NCBI GenBank assembly: GCA_963765145.1
Contig: CAVXVG010000027.1
Location: forward strand, 192,001-256,000
Origin: Parachlamydiales bacterium
GTDB taxonomy: Bacteria > Chlamydiota > Chlamydiia > Chlamydiales > JAJFMK01
Reading direction: 5' to 3'
Length of the DNA: 64,000 nucleotides
Shown: positions 52,142 to 61,001 of the stretch, in pieces
How positions within the stretch are numbered: position 1 is the stretch's first letter
Layout of the letters: the number at the start of each line of letters is the position of its first letter
Made by a program: the position numbers and the translations under genes
Notes under the pieces: model-generated
Seen by the model: the letters and a program-made list of their open reading frames with translations, nothing else
Databases searched by the model: none
Told to the model about the DNA's origin: nothing

Positions 52142-52249
52142 TAAAATTGTTAAAACCTTTCTATTATAATCTGTCCTGTAGTATACTAAGTCTTCTTAAC
52201 TGAGGGGAATTTGTGACGTGCTTGAAGCGGATAGCCAAGCAGGCCAGAG

Positions 52250-53818
52250 GTGGTTATGACTGAGACCAAACTTAAAGAGTTTGGCCCTTGGCGAGCCTTT
52301 TTATGGCCCGTCCATCGGTATGAGTTGAAGAAGCTCATCCCGATGCTTCTAATATTTTTCTTCATTTCTTTCGATTACAACATCCTTCGCATTTTAAAAG
52401 ACTCATTGGTCGTTACTGCCAAGTCGTCCGGCGCAGAGGTGATCCCCTTTATTAAATTGTGGATGCTTTTTCCCGGCGCCCTGGCCATGATGTGGCTGTT
52501 TAGTTTTTTATCGAGCAGATTTTCACGCGAGACAGTTTTTTATTCGATGCTGTCGGTATTCTTAGGGTATTTTCTACTTTTTCTATTCGTATATCCCGCC
52601 CATGACAGCCTAGAGGCCGATAGTTTGGCCGATTGGATGTCCCAAACCCTTCCGCTGGGCTTTAAAGGCTTGATTGCCATGATCCGTTACTGGCCCTTTA
52701 GCCTGTTTTATGTCATGAGCGAGCTTTGGGGCAGTGTTGTCTTGACGGTTCTTTTTTGGGGGTTTGCCAATCAAGTCACTCGCTTAGGCGAGGCAAAAAG
52801 GTTTTATGGTTTGTTTGGAATTGGGGCTAATTTCTCGGGGATATTTGCAGGGCAAGCCTCTATTTATTGTCTAAAACATACATTTGACCCCTCCCTCCCT
52901 TTCGGAGACACGGCCTGGGATCAGTCGCTGATTATGATTTTATTGATCATCTTAGCTGCAGGCACCATCGCCGGTTTCCTGTTTCGTTGGCTGAACAAAA
53001 GCATATTGACAGACCCCAGATTCTATGACTCTTCGATGTCTCACAAAGAAAGTCATATTAAAGGGAAAATCAGCCTTAGAGAAAATTTCCGCTATCTCTT
53101 GCGTACTCCTTATTTACTCTACATAGCGATCATTGTGGTGGCCTACAACATCGTCATCAACCTAGTTGAGGTGTTGTGGAAGCATGAGGTGCGCCTTTTG
53201 ATGCCTAACCCGTCCGACTATTCCCTCTACATGAACGAGGTGAGTATTGTGATCGGTTTTATAGCAACATTATCGGCACTTTTTGTCTCCGGAAATGCTA
53301 TTCGCCTATTTGGCTGGACCTTCACTGCCTTGTTAACTCCCTTTATTCTACTCGTGACCAGCATTGGCTTCTTCGGCTTCTTCTTTGTCGATCAGCTGGG
53401 GTATGCGGGGGTGATTGCAGCTTTCGGTTCAAGTCCGCTCGCTTGGGTTGTCTTTTTCGGTACCCTTCAAAATGTGATGAGCAGGGGTGCCAAATACACT
53501 GTTTTTGATGCTACAAAAGAAATGGCCTTTGTCCCCCTCCCGCCTGAAAGCAAATTGAATGGAAAAGCGGCCATTGATGGCGTTTGTTCTAGGATGGGCA
53601 AGTCGGGTGGTGCCTTCATCCATCAAACGCTGCTTTTATTTTTCTCAACGCTTACAGCCAGCGCCCCGTATGTTGGTGTGGTTCTCTTTGGTGTGATCTT
53701 GATTTGGATGGCAGCGGCTCGTGCAGTAGGAAGAGAGTTTGTTGCTCTTACAGACGGCCCAAAAGAGAAGGCGCGGGATTCTCTTGCGACAACGCAGGAA
53801 GTAGCTGTAAAGGCGTGA
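52250..53818 (+). CDS. Nucleotide transport protein (Npt/Tlc family)
   Basis: WPVHRYELKK, GAEVIPFIKLW, FYVMSELWGS, FWGFAN, GKAAIDGVCSRMGKSGG motifs. Confidence 0.95.
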   Translation: MVMTETKLKEFGPWRAFLWPVHRYELKKLIPMLLIFFFISFDYNILRILKDSLVVTAKSSGAEVIPFIKLWMLFPGALAMMWLFSFLSSRFSRETVFYSMLSVFLGYFLLFLFVYPAHDSLEADSLADWMSQTLPLGFKGLIAMIRYWPFSLFYVMSELWGSVVLTVLFWGFANQVTRLGEAKRFYGLFGIGANFSGIFAGQASIYCLKHTFDPSLPFGDTAWDQSLIMILLIILAAGTIAGFLFRWLNKSILTDPRFYDSSMSHKESHIKGKISLRENFRYLLRTPYLLYIAIIVVAYNIVINLVEVLWKHEVRLLMPNPSDYSLYMNEVSIVIGFIATLSALFVSGNAIRLFGWTFTALLTPFILLVTSIGFFGFFFVDQLGYAGVIAAFGSSPLAWVVFFGTLQNVMSRGAKYTVFDATKEMAFVPLPPESKLNGKAAIDGVCSRMGKSGGAFIHQTLLLFFSTLTASAPYVGVVLFGVILIWMAAARAVGREFVALTDGPKEKARDSLATTQEVAVKA

Positions 53819-53851
53819 CCTTTAGGGTCGTTTTTTTCAAATTATATTTTA

Positions 53852-53880
53852 TTGCAACTATCCCCTCTTTCCTGTATAGT
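53852..53880 (+). promoter_or_regulatory. Putative sigma70/sigma66 promoter of the second transporter
   Basis: TTGCAA-17 nt-TATAGT. Confidence 0.5.
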
Positions 53881-53927
53881 TTAAGTATAAACCTTTCGCT
53901 GACAGCGTTAGAGTTGAGGATTTTTTG

Positions 53928-55523
53928 ATGAAGGCAAACGTTGACCGAGAATTCGGAGGGATCCGTGCTTTTCTATGGCCAATTCACGGGCACGAGGTTA
54001 AAAAGCTAGTCCCAATGATGATCATGCTTTTGCTGATCTCATTTAACTACAGCGTCTTACGCAATTTGAAAGATGTTGTGGTGGTGACAGCAAAATCCTC
54101 AGGGGCTGAAGTGCTGCCCTTCCTGAAGGTGTGGGCTGTCCTCCCGATGGCTATTCTAATTACCTACTTTTTCACTAGGCTTTCCTCCCGTTTCAATCAA
54201 GACACGGTGGTCTATACGATCATTTCGATCTTTTTAGTTGCTTACGCTGCTTTTGCCTTTATTCTCCATCCTGCAAGTGGCTCTTTACACCCTCATGCCT
54301 TTGCCGACTTCTTGCAAGACATCCTGCCGGTTGGCTTTAAAGGGTTGATTGCCATGTTCCGCAACTGGACCTTCACCCTCTTTTATGTGATGTGCGAGCT
54401 GTGGGGAACCATGGTCTTGACCGTTTTGTTTTGGGGTTTTGCCAACGAAGTGACTAAAATTGGCGAAGCGCGCCGTTTTTACAGCATTTTGGGGATTTGC
54501 TCTAACATTGCAGCCATTTTTGCAGGTCAAATCGCCAACTTTCTTTCAGGCATGGAATACAATCCTCACTTGCCATTTGGGACGAATGCTTGGGATCAAT
54601 CGATGATGCAAATTGTCATATTGATTGTCATTTCGGGTCTATTGACCATGACGGCTATGTGGTGGATGAAGAAAAATGTGCTGAACGCTAAAGAATACTC
54701 TACTTTTCATTCCACATTGAACGAAACTGCGTTAGAAAAACGGTTAAAAAAGAAAAAAAGACTCTCTTTAAGAGAAAGTTTCCGGTTCCTATCTGATCAT
54801 AAGTATTTGGCCTGTATTGCGATTTTGGTGGTCTCTTACAACTTGGTCATCAATTTGGTGGAAGTGATTTGGAAAGACCAATTGCGTGAACTGTATCCTT
54901 CGCCTAAAGACCTCAACATTTACATGAATAACCTCACTTCTCTGATGGGGGTATTTTCTACCATGGCCGCATTGGTCATGTCTCAAGTGATTGGCCGTTT
55001 TGGATGGACAAAGGTTGCTCTTGCCACCCCGTTTATCATGATGGTCACAAGCATTGGGTTTTTCAGCTTCTTCTTTATGCAAGACCATTTAGGGGCAGCA
55101 TTTTTGGCAATGACCGGCATGACCCCTCTTGCTATAGCTGTATTTTTTGGTTCGGCACAAAACTGTTTAAGCAAGGCGGCCAAATACTCTCTATTTGACA
55201 CGACAAAAGAGATGGCCTTCATTCCTCTCAACCATGATGAAAAACTGCGAGGCAAGGCCGCTATTGACGGCGTTGGCTCTCGTTTAGGGAAGTCTGGCGG
55301 GTCATTTGCTCACCAAGGCCTATTAGTTGGGTTAGGAAGTTTTTCGAATTCGGCCCCTTATATCGCAGGCCTTTTGTTAAGCGTTATTTTTGTCTGGATC
55401 CTGGCGACCAAGTCTTTGGGTCGGCAATTTGCAGCCCTAGTTGCATCAAAAGATGCCGAAGCCTACCAAGAGCTTGCCGACGACGCTCCAGCCAGCGGAG
55501 AGCCCACTCAAGCCAAAGTCTAG
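53928..55523 (+). CDS. Nucleotide transport protein (Npt/Tlc family), second paralog
   Basis: WPIHGHEVKK, FYVMCELWG, KYSLFDTTKEMAFIPL, GKAAIDGVGSRLGKSGG motifs. Confidence 0.95.
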   Translation: MKANVDREFGGIRAFLWPIHGHEVKKLVPMMIMLLLISFNYSVLRNLKDVVVVTAKSSGAEVLPFLKVWAVLPMAILITYFFTRLSSRFNQDTVVYTIISIFLVAYAAFAFILHPASGSLHPHAFADFLQDILPVGFKGLIAMFRNWTFTLFYVMCELWGTMVLTVLFWGFANEVTKIGEARRFYSILGICSNIAAIFAGQIANFLSGMEYNPHLPFGTNAWDQSMMQIVILIVISGLLTMTAMWWMKKNVLNAKEYSTFHSTLNETALEKRLKKKKRLSLRESFRFLSDHKYLACIAILVVSYNLVINLVEVIWKDQLRELYPSPKDLNIYMNNLTSLMGVFSTMAALVMSQVIGRFGWTKVALATPFIMMVTSIGFFSFFFMQDHLGAAFLAMTGMTPLAIAVFFGSAQNCLSKAAKYSLFDTTKEMAFIPLNHDEKLRGKAAIDGVGSRLGKSGGSFAHQGLLVGLGSFSNSAPYIAGLLLSVIFVWILATKSLGRQFAALVASKDAEAYQELADDAPASGEPTQAKV

Positions 55524-55540
55524 CAAAAATCGGTTTAGCC

Positions 55541-55637
55541 CGCGCTAGCGTTTGGAGTGCTAAACTCCTGTTTAGCTTTCACTTTTCACTGACAAGTCAA
55601 AGCTAAACAGGAGTTTAGCACTCCAAACGCTAGCGCG
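55541..55637. repeat. Family B palindrome, intact
   Basis: 39-bp perfect arms between convergent genes. Confidence 0.96.
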
Positions 55638-55642
55638 TTATA

Positions 55643-56146
55643 TTAAACAACTTGGGGTGTTGGTTTGCGGGCTGATAACAGCAGGTTGAGGTAAGAGGCG
55701 ACGCCGAGGAGCAAGAAAAATAGGGTTGCTTCTGGAGGGGCTGTCAGGCCAAAAAGGATCCAGACCAACAATAGAAGCTGACACGTGGTCATGACTTTGC
55801 CGAAGAAGAAGGCCGAAATCTTGTGGCAACTCCACTTTCCTTGTCCCCATAAAGTGAAAAAGAAGAGAACCAAAGCCCCTTCTCTTGCGAAAAGAGAAAG
55901 CAACAGCGGCAATGACAGGCCGTCCTCGAGATAGAGAGATCCAAAGCTTAAAATCGCAAATACTTTATCGCCGATCGGGTCAAGGTAGGTTCCCAATTTA
56001 GTCGGTCCCAGCCTGCGGGCCAAAAAACCATCTAAAGCATCGGAAATGCCGGCTGCAAGCGTCAAGATAAGTCTTGCAAGCGGCCCCGCGTAGATAAAGG
56101 CGATTCCTAGCGGTATACGGAGAAATGAGAGTAAGTTTGGTAACAT
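55643..56146 (-). CDS. CDP-alcohol phosphatidyltransferase (PgsA-like)
   Basis: PNLLSFLRI and SDALDGFLARR...LGTYLDPIGDK motif; GGGAG RBS before 56146. Confidence 0.9.
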   Translation of the reverse strand: MLPNLLSFLRIPLGIAFIYAGPLARLILTLAAGISDALDGFLARRLGPTKLGTYLDPIGDKVFAILSFGSLYLEDGLSLPLLLSLFAREGALVLFFFTLWGQGKWSCHKISAFFFGKVMTTCQLLLLVWILFGLTAPPEATLFFLLLGVASYLNLLLSARKPTPQVV

Positions 56147-56197
56147 GATGTATCTCCCTCGTGATTTTATACGATTTTCCATGTAATATCTATCATT

Positions 56198-57685
56198 ATG
56201 ACAAACGCTATTTCCCCTACACGAGAAGAAGATTACCCAGAGTGGTACCAAATGGTGATCAAAGCTGCCGATTTGGCTGAAAATGCCGAAGTTCGGGGCT
56301 GTATGGTGATCAAGCCCTGGGGGTATGGCATTTGGGAGCGGATCCAACGAGAGATGGATGATAGGATCAAAGCATTGGGCCACGAAAACGCCTATTTTCC
56401 CCTCTTTATCCCTTTAAGTTTTTTAGAAAAGGAAGCTAAGCACGTTGATGGCTTTGCAAAAGAATGTGCGGTTGTCACTCATCATCGCCTAGAAGAAAAA
56501 AATGGAAAACTCATTCCTACAGGAGAGCTGCAAGAACCATTAATTGTCAGGCCAACTTCAGAAACCATCATTGGCGACTCCTTTTCCAGATGGGTCTCTT
56601 CTTACCGTGATTTGCCCCTTATGATCAACCAATGGGCCAATGTGGTCCGCTGGGAAATGCGTCCTAGGATTTTCTTGCGAACGACCGAGTTTCTCTGGCA
56701 AGAGGGGCATACAGCCCACTCCACTGCCAAAGAGGCTGTAGATGAAACGATGCAAATGCTAGAAATGTACCGCTCCTTTTTTGAGGATTTGTTGGCCATT
56801 CCTGTGATCGCCGGTAAAAAATCGCCTCAAGAGACATTCCCAGGGGCTGAAAGTACGTTTACACTCGAAGCGATGATGCAAGATAAAAAAGCGCTGCAAG
56901 GGTGTACCTCTCACTATTTGGGGCAACATTTCGCACAAGCTTCTAACATTTCATTCGATAATAAAGATGGGGTCAGAGAATTTGCCTACACCACCTCCTG
57001 GGGTTCTACCACCCGGATGATAGGCGGATTGATCATGGTTCACGGAGATGACGACGGAGTGAGATTGCCTCCACGTATAGCTCCAAAACATGTTGTCATC
57101 ATCCCAGTCATTCCTAAGCCTGAAGAAGAAGAGCGTGTCTTACAGCACGCAAAGCAACTACAGCTGCAACTAGAGCAACTTTCTTACCATGGTCAGCCGA
57201 TCAGAGTTCATCTTGATAAAAGAGACCGTCGAGGCGGAGAGAAAAACTGGGAATGGATCAAAAAGGGGATACCGCTCCGCATTGAAGTGGGTCCAAAAGA
57301 CATCGAGAAAGGGCAAGTTGTCCTCGCGCGGCGTGATAAAGGGGTTAAAGAGAAAGAGTTTTTAACTCAAGAGGCTCTATTAGCTAAAGTACCCCAAACG
57401 CTTGAAGAGATTCAAAGTAACTACTTCCAACAAGCAAAAGCCTTCCAGCAAGCAAATATTGTCGGCGACATCAAAACAATGGATGAGCTGAAAGCTTTCT
57501 TTGAAAAAAAGGGTGGAGGCTTTGTCCGTGCTAAGTGGTCTGGAGATGAGAAGATCGAACCTCTCTTAAAAGAGCACAACCTTACCATTAGATGCATTCC
57601 GCTTGAACAATCGGACTCGCAAGGCAAGTGCATCTTTACGGGTGAACCTGCTACCCTTGATGTGATCATCGCCAAATCTTATTAG
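56198..57685 (+). CDS. proS: Proline--tRNA ligase, archaeal/eukaryote-like type
   Basis: VRPTSET, NQWANVVRWEMR, EFLWQEGHTAH, SHYLGQ, TSWG; C-terminal AKSY; no insertion editing domain. Confidence 0.96.
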   Translation: MTNAISPTREEDYPEWYQMVIKAADLAENAEVRGCMVIKPWGYGIWERIQREMDDRIKALGHENAYFPLFIPLSFLEKEAKHVDGFAKECAVVTHHRLEEKNGKLIPTGELQEPLIVRPTSETIIGDSFSRWVSSYRDLPLMINQWANVVRWEMRPRIFLRTTEFLWQEGHTAHSTAKEAVDETMQMLEMYRSFFEDLLAIPVIAGKKSPQETFPGAESTFTLEAMMQDKKALQGCTSHYLGQHFAQASNISFDNKDGVREFAYTTSWGSTTRMIGGLIMVHGDDDGVRLPPRIAPKHVVIIPVIPKPEEEERVLQHAKQLQLQLEQLSYHGQPIRVHLDKRDRRGGEKNWEWIKKGIPLRIEVGPKDIEKGQVVLARRDKGVKEKEFLTQEALLAKVPQTLEEIQSNYFQQAKAFQQANIVGDIKTMDELKAFFEKKGGGFVRAKWSGDEKIEPLLKEHNLTIRCIPLEQSDSQGKCIFTGEPATLDVIIAKSY

Positions 57686-57715
57686 CAGATAACCGGACGT
57701 AGGTTCTCTTTTAAT

Positions 57716-57754
57716 GCGAAGACCTTCTCTTTTACTTAAGAGACGGGTCTTCGC
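57716..57754. terminator. Hairpin downstream of proS
   Basis: GCGAAGACC-TTCTCTT / AAGAGACG-GGTCTTCGC stem; weak U-tract. Confidence 0.5.
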
Positions 57755-57815
57755 GATCTTCTAGAAAAGAAATCAAATGACAGGTTAATGTCTGGGCTTC
57801 AAATAAGAGATTTAT

Positions 57816-58496
57816 ATGACAGCCTTAGTCCCCATTACTTTAAACGCAAATTCCTTTTACCGTCTTTATGCCCCTGCTTGCATTGAGGACGAAGGACCCC
57901 ATTTTGCCTTTAACTTTCAGTTTGTTGGCTCATTTGGCACAACAGAGTTTAGTATGGAGGACATAAAAGCGAGAATAATCCACTGTAATGAGGCTGCAGG
58001 TTATTGTGTCGTCGCTCTTGTCGTGAGCGTCATTGTTCTTAGTCTTTTCCGCCGAATGGATTTGATAGTACTGCCTATCATTGTCTTTGCTGCAGGAATC
58101 TTTCATCAGTTCCAGGAGAAGAAAACGTTAGAAAAGGTAAGTGCTCTCCATCAATTTTTCCTGTCCGTTCCAGAACCTGAAAAGCGGGCCGACGCATTAT
58201 TATCGTCAGGTCCTTACTTGTTGCAAAGATGCTGGGAATTTGGATGCATCCCAAAAGATAACTTAGACCGGAGCCACCAAACAATTTGCGAAATCGGTAA
58301 TGCCATCGTATCAGGACATCCCGAGCACTTTGGAGACCACAGAAGCAATCTTATCACCGATTTTTCGGGCATCATCGGTCTAAACACTTCTTTTACAGAC
58401 CTTACCAACTCAAGGCCTACTGTGGTAATAGTGCCCCAAAGAGAACAGGATCCTGCCCGGACGCAGTTTGATCCTGTTCTTTTTGAGTTACAGTAG
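57816..58496 (+). CDS. Hypothetical membrane protein with paired hydrophobic helices
   Basis: 226-aa ORF with two closely spaced TM segments. Confidence 0.7.
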   Translation: MTALVPITLNANSFYRLYAPACIEDEGPHFAFNFQFVGSFGTTEFSMEDIKARIIHCNEAAGYCVVALVVSVIVLSLFRRMDLIVLPIIVFAAGIFHQFQEKKTLEKVSALHQFFLSVPEPEKRADALLSSGPYLLQRCWEFGCIPKDNLDRSHQTICEIGNAIVSGHPEHFGDHRSNLITDFSGIIGLNTSFTDLTNSRPTVVIVPQREQDPARTQFDPVLFELQ

Positions 58497-58502
58497 AAGA
58501 TT

Positions 58503-58526
58503 TCGAGCAAGGGCAGGGGCAAGTTT
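58503..58526. repeat. Family G half element
   Basis: TCGAGCAAGGGCAGGGGCAAGTTT between convergent genes. Confidence 0.6.
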
Positions 58527-58536
58527 ATTTTGGGTG

Positions 58537-58824
58537 TTACCTCACGTAGATCCAGGAGGGCTGGATGCTAGCCAAAGAGCGGCGGGTGGCTGCGGAGTGT
58601 CGATGGATGGGCATATGCGAGAGCTTCTCGTCGAATTTGGCGCGCATGTTTTCCATGGTTTGCCAATCTTCTTCGGTAAAATGCTCAGGGTTTTTGACAA
58701 ACGCTCGCAGCTGCTCACGTGTCAAATTCAACCCCGCCAACATCTCGTCAAAGCTTTTAGTGACCTCGTCAAACTTTGCCTCTTCTTCTTCAATTTGTCT
58801 GTCGGTGACTACCATAAGATTCAA
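58537..58824 (-). CDS. Small hypothetical protein
   Basis: 95-aa acidic helical ORF; TTGA overlap with the rseP stop; start uncertain. Confidence 0.65.
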   Translation of the reverse strand: MNLMVVTDRQIEEEEAKFDEVTKSFDEMLAGLNLTREQLRAFVKNPEHFTEEDWQTMENMRAKFDEKLSHMPIHRHSAATRRSLASIQPSWIYVR

Positions 58825-60656
58825 CTCCCAAAAAGACGTAGCACATCGTTGTAAGTAAAGAATAGGATGAGGGCGATGAGTGCAAGTGCAAAAGGGAAGA
58901 TGAGCTTATCGATAAGTTTTAACGAAAATTTACGGCCTGTCACTATTTCAATGAGGCCAAAAAGAATGGTTCCACCATCCAAAACTGGAAGGGGCAATAG
59001 GTTAATGAAAGCTAAGTTCAGAGAGATAACTCCTAGCCAGAAAATGCCGCTTTTGAAGCCATCGGCCCATGAGGTCGACATGATGCGTACAATTCCAACC
59101 GGTCCAGAAACCCATTTTGGACTGATATGGCCAGACAAGAGCCCACCGAGCGTTGTTCCAATCTCTGAAGAAACTTCAGAAAATTGCTGGAAAGGGTTTG
59201 GGTTATAATTAACAGGTCGATCTGTAAGTCCGGGTAGTCCCAAGTAAAGTGTTTGGTCGGTTGACTCTTTGTCTTTGTCTGACCAATCCTTCAAAGGTTT
59301 TGGTGTCACCCCATTTAAAAGTGCAAATCCATCGGCTGTTTTTGGCAATGCGGGATCGGTTAAAGCTTTGATCAGGGGGCTAAAAGCCCTTTCATCGTGA
59401 ATCTTATCGTAAAAGTTTTGAGTTTCTTCTTGAGAAAGGGATGAAGGCGCCCCATTTCGATAAACAATAAGATGGGCTGTGTGGGTTTGAACAAGCTTTA
59501 AAATGTCTGGTGCAGTTGAGACTTTTTCACCATCGACCGATACAATCCTGTCGCCAACCTGCAAAGATCTTTCTACATCGGTTTTCAGGTGTTCAGGGAT
59601 GTATTTGATTTCATCTTCTCTGTCGATAAAGCGGAATCTTCCATCAACAGTTCCGTCTGAAGATATGTTGTAAGGGATAAATAAAAGGCCATCCTTTGAA
59701 GGTGAAAGGCGGGCTTCGTAGGTCCAATCGCGGAGTTCATCCTTAGTAAAGGAGTCTAGTTTTAAGGCTGATAGAGGAACTCTTGGCACTCTTCTGACGA
59801 GCAGCTCGCCTGATCTATCGATCACAACAAGAGCATTGCCATCTTGCACCAAAGTGTTTAGCTGGCTTTGAGAGAAGATCGGCATCCCATCATACCAAAC
59901 AATAGTATCTCCCGGTTCAATTCCGGCTTTTTGAATGGGAGCTTTAGGAGAAATAACGGCCTTTTCAATCCAGGGAGGGTTGAAAGTAATAAAAGAACCT
60001 GGGGCGACCACTCCAAAGGTAGGGGCCTTTTCGCCATGCCTTTCAGTGGTGTAAGGAGATAGAGGAATCTGCTTGTCTTCTACAGTTCCTTTTGTCCAAT
60101 CATGAAGTCTAATAGAAAGATCGGTCTGCCCTTCAGCGACTATAGGGGCTAAGAAGTGGCTTTTAATCCCTGTGACCTTTTCATTGCCATAGCTCAAAAT
60201 TTCGTCACCGGGTCGAAATCCCGCAATATACAGTTCAGACTTAGGGTCTACAGCGCCTATGGTTGTGGTTAAATTAGAGAAAGGCTGATCTCTTCCACCT
60301 AACGCAAAAAGGAGGACAAAAACTAAAAAGGCAAATACTAGGTTGACAAAAGGACCCATAAAGGCAACTTTGACCCGATTCCATGGGCCTCTTCCAAAAA
60401 AACCATCCGGAACGTCATAGGGGTCGAGATCTCCATCTCTTTCAGTCCCTTTAATTTTTACGTAGCCGCCAAAAGGGAGCCAGCCGAGCTGCCATTTTTC
60501 GCCATTCGGGCGGATCCACGAAAGGAGGGGAGAGCCGAAGCCAACACTGAAGGTTTCAACTTTCATGCCCACTTTTTTGGCCATAAAATAGTGACCAAGT
60601 TCATGGATAAAAATCAGAAAGCCAAGCCCCAGGGCGGCTAATATAATACCTAACAT
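58821..60656 (-). CDS. rseP: Site-2 intramembrane metalloprotease with PDZ domains
   Basis: HELGH, FSVGFG, PFGGYV, SGPVGI, NLLPLPVLDGG motifs. Confidence 0.95.
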   Translation of the reverse strand: MLGIILAALGLGFLIFIHELGHYFMAKKVGMKVETFSVGFGSPLLSWIRPNGEKWQLGWLPFGGYVKIKGTERDGDLDPYDVPDGFFGRGPWNRVKVAFMGPFVNLVFAFLVFVLLFALGGRDQPFSNLTTTIGAVDPKSELYIAGFRPGDEILSYGNEKVTGIKSHFLAPIVAEGQTDLSIRLHDWTKGTVEDKQIPLSPYTTERHGEKAPTFGVVAPGSFITFNPPWIEKAVISPKAPIQKAGIEPGDTIVWYDGMPIFSQSQLNTLVQDGNALVVIDRSGELLVRRVPRVPLSALKLDSFTKDELRDWTYEARLSPSKDGLLFIPYNISSDGTVDGRFRFIDREDEIKYIPEHLKTDVERSLQVGDRIVSVDGEKVSTAPDILKLVQTHTAHLIVYRNGAPSSLSQEETQNFYDKIHDERAFSPLIKALTDPALPKTADGFALLNGVTPKPLKDWSDKDKESTDQTLYLGLPGLTDRPVNYNPNPFQQFSEVSSEIGTTLGGLLSGHISPKWVSGPVGIVRIMSTSWADGFKSGIFWLGVISLNLAFINLLPLPVLDGGTILFGLIEIVTGRKFSLKLIDKLIFPFALALIALILFFTYNDVLRLFGS

Positions 60657-60811
60657 ATCACCTCTAAAAACGACTCACTCGCGTAGTAACTCACTATCCT
60701 ACCAAACCACTCGATTTTGGTGAAAATAGGACCGGAAAAGTAGCGTAAGTAAAATCATAATTTAAAAAATGAAAAAAAGCAAGGAAACTGGGGGGGCTTG
60801 TTGCATTATTT

Positions 60812-60958
60812 ACCACAGAGGCAGTGAGATCACAGAGGAAATAAGAGAGAATTGAGGGGATTTGTATCATCATCTTCCAATTTTCTCTTCATCTTCCAAA
60901 AGAATGGCTCTCATCGCTCTCATATTTTTTCTCTGTGATCTCACTGCCTCTGTGGTTT
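60812..60958. repeat. Family A palindrome (short form), preceded by a lone D-like end at about 60794-60810
   Basis: ACCACAGAGGCAGTGAGATCACAGAG and reverse complement; GGGCTTGTTGCATTATT adjacent. Confidence 0.9.
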
Positions 60959-61001
60959 AAAAAGAGGAAGTTGCAAAAATAAGAATTTGTAGTTTATCAG
61001 T

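Noticed and set aside
56147..56383. Extended N-terminus of the pgsA-like ORF
   Set aside because: Overlaps proS antisense; RBS and family motif support a start at 56146
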